A program made the position numbers and the translations under genes. Source: Chrysomallon squamiferum (lineage: Eukaryota > Animalia > Mollusca). Taken from it: 64,000 bases of DNA. The notes under the pieces are model-generated. The model was not told the DNA's origin. It was given only the letters and a program-made list of their open reading frames with translations, and did no database searches. How positions within the stretch are numbered: the stretch's first letter is position 1; every line of letters starts with the position of its first letter. The stretch lies in assembly GCA_012295275.1 (NCBI GenBank), contig CM022670.1:18724001-18788000 (forward strand), in the 5' to 3' direction. This document shows positions 53,249 to 64,000 of the stretch, piece by piece.

Positions 53249-56200
53249 CATGGTCATAAATAACTATAACCTTTAATAAGGTATTGTCCCTTCGTCGGGG
53301 AAAAAGATATGAAACTACATACTCGGGACTAATTACTATGTGCTCTAATTGTACCCCTCAACAAAACCCCTCCCAAATAAAATAATGCAGACTTCAGTTT
53401 ATTTAATAAACATTTTTTTCTTCCATTACTTGATTACAAAAAAACTCTGAATGTCGTAAATATATTTTAGCATCATCAGTGTCAAAAGATATGTATGTAT
53501 GTTTCACTTTCAACAATGTACTTTTTCTATAATTACTTCATACACAGCAGAAACTTTACAATCTGTAATGGAAACTATGTACAACTATTTTAAAAACTAT
53601 AATATTAACTGAAAAAAAATATTAATCTGATTTGTTTTGGATATAAACAGAAAAATAATTTATTTGATGATGTGACAATAATAATAATAGTCAAAACAGA
53701 AATCTGTGCTTACTAAAGATTTTAAACTGATTTGTAATTTGTTTCGTTTTGTTTGACTTTACTTATTCTCTTATCCCAGATTCCTTTATGAGCAATACCT
53801 TAATGTGCGTGACAATTTACAAATTATGCTTTATTTTTAAAAAAAACGTCGATTAAAACGGGTAAATCGTCCATTTTCCGGCATTAAAACTGACGGATTG
53901 TCAAATTTGACGGACTTCATGTAATAATAATGTAAAATAAACGCCATAGTTATATATTGTTCATATGTCTAAAGCACTACAGACAGCTATAACAGTCAAT
54001 TAAATGTAGCTGAAATAGGTTTATTAAAAAGCTAAGACTACATGAAGGTAAATCAAGCTAAAAATAGCACAGTTGTCACAAGCAACGAATAAAATGAAAG
54101 GAAACTCAATGGATGGACCATACGCACCATTAAGTGTAACTTGTTTAGCGGTCGTCGTAATTTCATTTTCCTTTCGTTAATTCTTTTTGAACTAGCCAGT
54201 ATATCGACATGGTACCACTAACAGTTCGAAACCACTATGTGTAATATGCTTATAATTTGTTAATACAAATGTACTAAAAGGACTGAGTAGTATAATATCC
54301 ATATGTGTTAAATACATGCGTGCGTTTCTGAAACAGAATGAGAACGTATTAGCGGGTGGAAGTGGATTTAAGCATACACGTTTGTTTATGTGCGCGCACA
54401 GTTGTTATAATTAAAATTTTTTTTTTTTTTATTTTCATTTTTTCTTCTTTTTCTCAATTATAGGAAAAGACATACTTCACTGAAGCGTTATAAACTCTAA
54501 AGTTAGTTTGAACATTGAAAATACTAAAAGAAAGTATTTATTATTAATTTTGTTGGTCGTGCCGTGCAATGATAAGCGATTATTTGAAAAATTACTCGCA
54601 GTGCATTAGTCTAATATACAGTGTAACTTTGTTCCTATAGGACATTTTTCCCCCCCCCCTAACTTTGGCCATATCACTATTATTTGGGGAAATACTCGAT
54701 TACGTTTTTGGGGTATAGGTGTAGTTCATATCCAGTCACAAAATACGCACATCAAATCGAACGTCGGTGAATGACTGAATTATGACGTACCTGTGAGTAC
54801 GTGATTTAGTCCTTTCTAGCTGTGAGGAGGAAGTTCAACCAGTCTAACTGTAGAGGTGTATTTTCAGTGTTGATGTCAGCCTTGGGTAACAACCAAATCA
54901 AAAGTGTTCGTACAATACAGTGGTATTTAACTCCTCTAGGATAACCAGAGTTAACTGGATGATGGAAGCATAGATACTAGATAGATATCTGTTTATCGTT
55001 GTAGGTGTTTATCAAGTATATTTTATACGTTATATTTTCGGTTACATACAAAAATAAAAGATATAGAGATACAAATAATAAAAATAATACATGTCTGTGT
55101 ATGAGTGTGTCTGTCTAGTTTGTCTGACTATCTATCTATGTATATATATATAAAATACGTATGTATAATTGGATAAATAAATACTATATATTATTACATA
55201 AAAATTGTTTCATATTTATTAAGACAATCAGTTTTAATTTTATATTTAATATTATTGCCACTGTGATATATTGTAATTAAAACCTTACTGAGATCGCGCG
55301 GGCTAGATGAAGGTGGTGCACATAAACCAGTTTTTCACCGAGAGATTTTGTTTTGTGTGACTGTGTATGAGCGTGTGCGTGTTTTGTTTGTCTGATTATT
55401 TCTTTACCATGAATCACATTTCTTTCTGGCTACAAAGAGATGTTGCTCCATATTTCTAAAATAATGGATCCGTCTCGCAAACAGTGGTTTTATTAAAGTT
55501 ACTTCAAAGACATTGGTTTAAGCAGAGCCCGACAATCCCAGCAGTTTTATCACAGTATTCATCGTGTTATCACATACCTGGTCACATACACACGTACGTA
55601 TTCACTTCTTTTATTAATCCGATTTACCATGTATATCCTCGGTATCTTAGTTACTAGGCACGAACAGATTTATGGGGCTGATTTTGTTGGAGGAGGAATG
55701 CAAAATAATACTCATAAACTTCATAAACAATAAAAGAAAAAAAATTAATATGCGACGAGGGTTCTGTATTAAATTTATGTATATTGCTGGCGTTTTACAC
55801 CTTCAGTTAGTAAAAAAAAGCCTATATAGTAAGATAAACTGTTTAAAATTGAAGAGTGCTATGTATTTTTTCTGTCTTGAATACAGGGAAATTCGTCTCA
55901 TGCCATTTATTTTCATTATTAAGGGAATATTTGAATATTTTACTTTTCGGAACTTATATCATTCTGTATTACGTGTTTTCACTTCAGTGTAAGGAATGTG
56001 GACAGAATTCATCTATTATGATATATCGCAAATTAAATCATAATTCAAAATTATTTTCACAAATCAAAATACGCCAGAAAAGAGTGGTTTTATTCCTTTA
56101 TTTTCATTTATTCATTCACCATAAAGAATTGTTTTTAATATTTTTTAAACATTATTATTAACTGAAAAAGTGACAACTATCAAAGGTACAACTCTTATCC

Positions 56201-58116
56201 AGGGTGTTCCGTATTGAAATTCTGTGAGAAACGTGCGAGCTTTATTATTGGTTCACTTATTCACCTTTCAGTTATTTAAGAATTAAAAGGCTTTTGATCT
56301 TATGTAACTTATTTTGAAATAGCCTTTCTACATCAACCTAAACGTGTTAAATACAGGTATTGAGTATCTATCTTTTTAACATATTATTGTCAGCCCTGTT
56401 CAAACTGAGGTTAGTTACACAAGCTATCTACAATTAGTTGTCCGTAATGTCCGAAATCCGTTCGTTGCACTCTTGACCACAGTATCAAACTGTTCCATCA
56501 TCCTTTGTAGGGGGAATTTTATTGTCGTGGCTTCCCATTGTTAAATGTCTCTCTTGGCTTTAGCGTCTACTGGTTTTTAATAACATTGTTACGTCAACTG
56601 ATGTTGCATGTTTTCTTTTCCTTTACAACAAAGCGATGGACCAGTCAATCAATCTTTCTCTACCCTAGACAATCATTTATGCCAACATTTTTCGAATCTC
56701 TGAAATGCTGACAGTGTAGTTTGCCAGAGAGTGAGGTACTTGTTAATTGTTTTCCCAAGTGTAATTTTATACAGACAAAGTTTTCAGTGTAAAACAATCG
56801 GACACAATCTTATGTAACAGCAACATTCGTGGAGATTAATCAAAATATTATTTATATTGTTTATATTGACCCTGTTACGTGATCAAAGTGTACCTTAACC
56901 TGTACGTTACAAAGCAGTATTTAATACTGATCTTGGCTGTATTAATGAGACTGTACTTGAAGTATTTAATTTCACTGTTATTTATTTCATAACAAGACTG
57001 ACTCATTTTCTCACACAAATTAAAGAAGCAATATTATTATTATTTATTTTTTCTTTCTTTCTTTTTCGTTTTTAATAATTATTACATTATTGGAAACTAA
57101 TTTTCACAAAAATTCATTAATTCAAGTCATTATAGAAAAAAAAGCAAGAAAAAACACAAAGAAAAAACAAAAAACAAACAAAGATAAATACTTAGGAAAT
57201 ATTATGTAATATTTATCAGTGTGACATACGTGAATTTGTTATCAAAATGTTATTACGTAATCTACAATGTTATCTAGTTAATCAGTATGCCTCGCTTCAA
57301 ACCTGAAGCAGAAATACCTTTGAACAGGCGATAAATAAGGATTACGTTTCTGTGTACACTGATACAGGTGTCTAAATCTTCGTATGCTTATTTGTATATT
57401 TGCAAAATTATCTCGTGCGATTGCAGATCTATTTTCTCAAATGTAATATGATGTAATTGTTATCAAGTAGGCTTGATTGTTTTGATATGCACACACACAC
57501 GCACACGCACATATATCTGCATAGTTACATGGCTAATCCTACTCGGTGTTGCCGTGGAGTTTTCTCTCGTCCCATCCAGAGCCTCCAGCACTAGTTATTG
57601 TTTTAATAAACTCACCATTAAAAAGATACATCCTATAAATTATACCATCCACATTCTTAACGGCTACAGACAGTCATAGTTTACAGTTAGTTACCAGGAT
57701 AATATTTAGAAATATAATTATATGATTTTTAAATTTTAATTAAAAATATTGATCTGATTATATTTGTAAATGATGCATAATATTTTTATAACGTCTATCA
57801 TCACCATCACCATGTATGTCTTAGCTTTCTCTAAATTTAGAAAATCGTTTTCTTTGTTACTGACATCCATAAATATTATGCTATGAAATGAAGTACAACC
57901 GTGTAAAATAACCGTGACATCACGCACAGAGGGTAACAAAGGAAATAATATTAACGGCTTTGGCTTTTATGGATTCCTGTCTGCGTGCTGGCGGCTTTAT
58001 TTTGCGTATAGCGAATTCATTAATAATCAAATACGATTTCGCCTTGCTGCCTGGCAACGGTTGTTCATCACGCACCAGACTGTTAGCGACGCTAGCAGAT
58101 AAATGCATGTTAATAT

Positions 58117-58264
58117 CGAAATGATCAAATATATACTATAAATTATATATTTTAACGAAATGATCAAATATATACTATAAATTATATATTTTAACGAAAT
58201 GATCAAATATATACTATAAATTATATATTTTAACGAAATGATAAAATATATACTATAAATTATA
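58117..58264. repeat. 39-bp minisatellite, about 3.8 copies
   Basis: Unit CGAAATGATCAAATATATACTATAAATTATATATTTTAA starting at 58117, 58156, 58195, 58234. Confidence 0.95.
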
Positions 58265-58479
58265 CAGTATAACTTCTTTTCTAAAGTTTCAGCTGTCAAA
58301 ACATCAATATCCTTCTGTACTTTATGTTATTGTATGCATTTGACTAAAACAGTATGTTCAGAGTTTATAAAATATTATAAACTGTATGTCGCTATACTTC
58401 GAATGAAAAAAAATAAATGAATAAACACATCCTTAACAGCATTTCATAGGCGTCAGATTTATAGTTTATAAGTACATGA

Positions 58480-58600
58480 CTAGAAGGAAGGGAACTCATA
58501 GGATTAGCAATAAATGCCTTTTATAAGTACCCTGAAGTAAACAGGAAAGTGGATTACAGGTCTTTAATAAAAATCTCGAAGCACTGGTTGTAGTGGGAAA
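58480..58600 (-). mobile_element. Decayed copy of the same SINE-like repeat, opposite strand
   Basis: Reverse complement TATAAAAGGCATTTATTGCTAATC resembles CATAAGGGATCCTTTATTGCCAATC at about 8093 and TAAAAAGATCTCTTGCTGCTAA (minus, about 27160-27180). Confidence 0.35.
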
Positions 58601-58953
58601 TGATAAAATAGATTAATATACACTGAAAAACATGACGTCATAAACAATAATAAAATAAGAATAGTATTTAACTATAGTGCTGCTTCCATTTCCTGATATT
58701 ACACAACCAAATAAAGTAAAAATGTCACAAATAGCACTGAAAACATCTCTACATCAGTAAAATAATTTACGGACAAGCAAAATTGTTATTCAAAGGTAAA
58801 AAATACGAAGTGTGCAATGTTTGGATTAGTTTTTGGATTAAGTTTTGAAAATAATTTCATTCAGCGTAACTGATAATATCTAATTTCTGTTTACAGAAAT
58901 TTTGCAATGGACTTGGAATTGTTTTTTATCTTTTACATATTAATTTGTTTTTC

Positions 58954-58955
58954 AT

Positions 58956-59017
<62 letters not shown>
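58954..59017. repeat. (TTTA)n microsatellite
   Basis: Direct reading. Confidence 0.93.
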
Positions 59018-59019
<2 letters not shown>

Positions 59020-59059
59020 TATAATTTAAAACCATAGTACTGTCATAAAGTGAATACTA

Positions 59060-59096
<37 letters not shown>

Positions 59097-61049
59097 TTTA
59101 TAACAACTGCTATTACAATTTTTGATATATTAAATAATTATTTCGAATATTATTAAAAAGGACATTCTAATTTTCATTTTAAATAATTACATATTTATAT
59201 CCAATGTAATTATGGAAAGCTTATAATACCCGCGATGTAAATAAAATGACACAAGACAGAGCTAATTTCTTAATTCCCGTATGACTCTCCCACGAAGAAA
59301 TTGATTGCGTAAGTCAGAGTACTCGAATTATCCATGTAACATTAATTGTTAAATCCTATTAACATAGCAAAATGTCATAGGGTGGTTTAAAATAAAGACA
59401 TTTTGTGCACACAAATTTCCTATGGTCAGTAAATAGTTTTCGAGTGCAGTATGCAGGGGCAGATTATGGGAGGTTCACAGGTGCATGGACCGCCCCCGGC
59501 TAAATAAATAAATAAATAAATAAAACTGATGTCAACATGAGTGTATCCCTTCATGCTTTTAATGATATTCAAGTTCAACTTGATGTCAGCTTCACAGTTT
59601 GCTTTGGTGGCAACCATGGACGAAGAGATAGCAACGTCAAGAACTGTGAACAAACAACGTAAAATTTCAAATTTCAGATTACAAAAATTTACATACTGTG
59701 TCCTAAAGCATAATCCGCCCATGGTATGTAATAAATGAAGTGTGAAAACGTTTCGATTCAATTTATATACGTGTATGTTAATTATTATCGAATTTGAGTG
59801 AATGAGTTTAAACATTTTAAAAAATAAATTTGTGAAGGTGATTTAAATATATAAGGGAAGACAAATCATTAAAATATAATTACAGATACTATAATTTGTT
59901 TTCTAAAATAGAGAGAAAGAGAGAGAACGAATTAACTTATGTGTATATTTTTATTTATTCAGTTTCTTTTAAGCAATGACATTTTTTGGTACTAAGTAAA
60001 TAAACAAATGATACTGAGCAAACACCGATCATTCCAAAAAGCATAAGTAAAAATAAATTACAATGCTATATACAAATAAATGTATAAAAATTAAAATGAT
60101 AATGATACACAAAATATTTACAGAAAAATAAAACATCACTTGCTTTCACATTTTTCAAATACAAATGTTATCAAAAATGATTTCATAACACAAAAACGTA
60201 TCGAAAAAAGTCTTTACAAAATACCATTTTAAATATAACCTGTGTACGAAATAAATAAATAAATTAGCACCAGTAAGAAAATATATTGGCTAAGATATAT
60301 TTAACAACATACAGACGTACATTAAGCTGTGAAAATGTTCTTCTTATCTTAAAAAATAAACTATACGCTATATAATATCTAATACAAATTTAGTGAAATC
60401 TAAATAAAACGTAATCAAGCAGCGTGCTTGTTATTACCATATATATATATACCAAACAACATCGTACAAAAGATATTAAAATCTGCATACTTGTTTCTGA
60501 TTGGTTTATGCTGGCAAAAGTGTTATAAATGCTAATATGCAGAATAACAACATTGAGGACTAATACATTAACAAACAATATGTTATATATATATTTATAA
60601 ATGCATACAAGTAAAATGATTTAAAATATGTATAAAAACACAACCTGATGAATGAGGCACAGGATATACCGGTATTACCTGGGTGATACGGAATATATCA
60701 ATTATATAATATATTTACTATTTACATATGACCAGAACAAACACTCACAAAGATTCAGAAAATAGGATTACAAAGATATATGCAAGATACATTATTTTTA
60801 ACTTCATAATTAGTTTTCGGAAGTTTTATGAGAATGATGTTAGATATTACATTCACAAATTTGGCTATAATGGTTCAAGAGTAAGACGTCTTCGACTGAA
60901 TTCCAAAATGTAACGGAGTAATTTGATTTTAGCTTCATCAAAAATAAAATAAAAATATAATAGTAATATAAAATAAAATAAAATAAATTCTAATTTCGAA
61001 ACTTATGTTTGATTTTATAAATGTAATTGTTGGATTCGTTGCTGTGACG

Positions 61050-61770
61050 TCACTGTGCTTTGACACATCGTAGTTTCACTCGTGGAATACCGTACATAAT
61101 GTACGGTTTTCCTGGAAGAGACGTTTTCGATGTCCTAGGATTATCCCGTGCTTTGTCAAACACTGTTTCCATTATGGACTTTGACAGACATTTTCGAATT
61201 TGATCAGACGGAGTGATGTAGACTTTCTTGCCTTGTCGTATTAGGATCATCGCTGCAAGATGGGTGTTCACCTGTTTGCGCCAGGTCATCCATTCTTGAT
61301 AATCTAGTTCATATTTCTCTGAAAAAGGAATCCGCGATTTCGAACGTCCACCAATCAGTTTGTCGTTTAGTATTTTCCTTTCTGGTAAACGTGCATTTAT
61401 ATTATTATCCATGAAGTCATCGATATCGTAATCCGGCTCACATACATCCTCCAGATCAGCAGTATGAGAATCAAAATTTTGACTACGTGTCATTTCCCTT
61501 TCCCGAATGTTGTGGGATATATTTAGCGCAGGGATCTCTGGATATAGTGGGTAATCCGGTGGAATTACAGTTTCTTGATCATTTTCCTCATAAATTGAGC
61601 CGGCACCGTATTCAATTCGCTCTCCGTTGTTGTAAAAGGGACTAAGATCAGGATAGAGACGTCTATTGACGTTTTTATCGGACGATTCTCGAGAAGGCTG
61701 CATGACGTCACGTGGTGTTGAACTGATTCTCACCTGCTTGGATTCTTGCAACCCAGCTAAAAAATCTGAA

Positions 61771-61804
<34 letters not shown>

Positions 61805-63235
61805 TGATGAAAATGTTCTTTTTAAAGCAGAATTACACCAGTATCTAAACACAATTATATTGGCGTACATAGACTATTTATAAGTTACCTAGACTAGCCA
61901 AACTCCCAAACAAAATGTATATTTAGTTTTCATTTAGTTTAATAAGTTGTTTGTATTAATGATAAATATTCAGTTTTTATTTTATATTATTTTTTGTTTA
62001 AATCGAAGTTATCCGAATATATAGGTGTTCTAAATGGAAGTGTTTTAAAGTGCTGGGCCTTTAACAAATGCTTGAGGGTATTTTCCCGTGAAAGTGTGAT
62101 ACACACTAGGCTTATTTCACCTAAAAGTAAATGGCACCCACTGATTTGTGAAATCGTGAACAAACTTGTAAAACACAATTCCATTACCAATCTAAAGCAT
62201 TCATTTCAGAAAACTGCACGTAGTTAATTAGGCGAAATGGAATAATTTATAACATAAAATTGCTTGGATTCTGTTCCAATTATAGGCGTGATTCATACCG
62301 GGTTATTCAGATTTTCCCAACAATTAATCAACAAAATTTACAGTGACATTATAAAAAAATAAAAATAAAAAAAATACACATACATATACACAAACACAAT
62401 CATACGAATTTGGCAAAACACCAACGTTCAGAAACATTTAGTGCAAAAACAGAGACGGACATATAGAGAGGAGAGAGAGGGAGAAAGAGAGGCTTAAATG
62501 CTATCAGAAGATCGTTGACCTCTTTTTGTCTGATCTGTTATGAACAGGACAATTTTCATGTTACGGAATAAACATTAAACCAGTGTAACGAAGCATTAAC
62601 TCGGAGTCTTAGTCAAACACATGGTTTCATTCCGAATTAAAGTCACGCAACTCTGACATATTGTCGCACCCCTATGTAAATTTATGTAATTTTATTTTGC
62701 ATTGAGAAGGTTAATCGTTTGAATTAAGACAAACATTAACATAATACTGACGTGGATTTGAGCCTGAAACATAACTATTTGTCATCCTTTCAAGTTTTAA
62801 ATTGAAAGATTACAGTAAAACTACACAAATACAGCATTGTTTTTTTTTTTTTTTTAATTCAGACTTCTTCCGTTAACCTCTGAACAAATCTAATTGCCCT
62901 TACCAAATAGATGTAATACATGATGTGACTACATATTTATTTATATTATTTCATAAATAGGAAATAGTTATACTTTTGTCTTTTAGATACTAGATTCAGA
63001 AAAGAAACCCCTCCCCAAAACAAAAAAAATAAACGGACTACATTTTTTGCTAATACTTTTAATACATATTAGTTTCTGCTTATCACTGATATATATTTTT
63101 TTGTTCAGCTGCACATTATCACACAAAGAAAGACAGACAAACAGACGCGCAGATTAAACAATAACACAGAATACATTTTTGAAAAGAATAATATCTCTTA
63201 CTTGTTAAGCTAAGCATATCTCCAACAAAATCCAT
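61050..63235 (-). CDS. Uncharacterised protein, 249 aa, two coding exons (63235-63202, 61765-61050)
   Basis: AAGATGG start, MDFVGDMLSLT, donor A|GTAAGA; TTTCAG acceptor at 61766 joins in phase 1 to the long ORF ending TGA at 61050. Higher GC than flanks. No family recognised. Confidence 0.78.
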
Positions 63236-64000
63236 CTTGCTTTATTAGAAGGTATATTCCTGAAGTGAAATAACTATTTGTTTACAAGTACATTTATATA
63301 TATTTCGCTGATCATTTCGCAACATGGAGTGATTGTTAGAAATACTGTTAACGTATTGTATTTATAAACTGCACCACGGCTACGATTTGTAACAAATACG
63401 AACGTTTGTTCTTAACTGGAAATACAAGTACCTACAGCCAAACATAGGATTATAGGATTATCCGCACAAAAATATATTATATAAGTAAAAAGGGATCATT
63501 TTTTTTGTTGTGTTGTATGTAAGCTAGATATTCTGAATAACTGTGTGACATATTAAATTAATTAAATGTACAAAATTTTACTCATTCACACATGCACATA
63601 CTTACATCCGGACGTATCTGTGCGCATGTATCTACTCACACGCGTACACACAAACATATATAGTAATAAACAAACACACCTATACGCACACATGCGTCAA
63701 ACGCACTGGAGTTAACGTGAGAATCTGTCACATTTATTTTCTCGATAATTAATCTTCAAATATCAGTGTCAATTTTGATGTAGTGCTTAATTACGTAAAA
63801 TGGCGTATTGTGGTGTAATGCTAACCTCTCACTAAGAGGAAAGAAATAGCTGTGATAAATTCTGTATTTACATACAAGATTAAGCTCAATCTTGATTACA
63901 CCGCCAAAACAAAACAAAAAAACAAACAAAAAACAATACTGCAACAGTATACTAATACACAGACAAGTATAATTTTATCAAGCATTCGTAATGAAGACCT

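Noticed and set aside
58117-58264. Regular 39-bp repeats as a CRISPR-like array
   Set aside because: Head-to-tail units with no unique spacers, in a eukaryotic context.
59455-59502. CAGGGGCAGATT... GC-rich patch like a hAT MITE terminus (similar patch at about 49370-49430)
   Set aside because: No partner TIR or TSD found, so no element can be delimited.

Overview
AT-rich, microsatellite-rich animal genomic DNA (an invertebrate, most likely a mollusc/gastropod; taxon is inference) with intron-containing genes, so most six-frame ORFs are noise. Four protein-coding genes can be built from splice sites and reading phase. (1) SRA1 on + (6 coding exons, 1209-6018, 262 aa). (2) A STIM ER Ca2+-sensor gene on - (48089-15899, about 703-736 aa, with signal peptide, EF-hand, SAM, TM, CC1, SOAR/CAD, acidic inactivation domain and polybasic tail), convergent with SRA1. 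(3) A divergent profilin-like gene with an uninterrupted CDS on + (51701-52105), apparently head-to-head with STIM. (4) An unrecognised 249-aa protein on - (63235-61050) carrying LYPDL and PPxY motifs. The most interesting signals are three candidate alternative STIM exons. One is a 30-nt phase-0 microexon (VICNILTQFV) in the same SOAR intron where vertebrate STIM2 inserts its inhibitory STIM2.1/STIM2-beta exon (VAASYLIQ), followed by RBFOX motifs. The others are a 99-nt in-frame cassette and a 43-nt stop-containing exon downstream of the inactivation domain. The window also holds a hAT-type MITE with an 8-bp TSD, a degenerate TA-flanked MITE, tandem repeats and a sharp CpG-depletion boundary at the STIM promoter.
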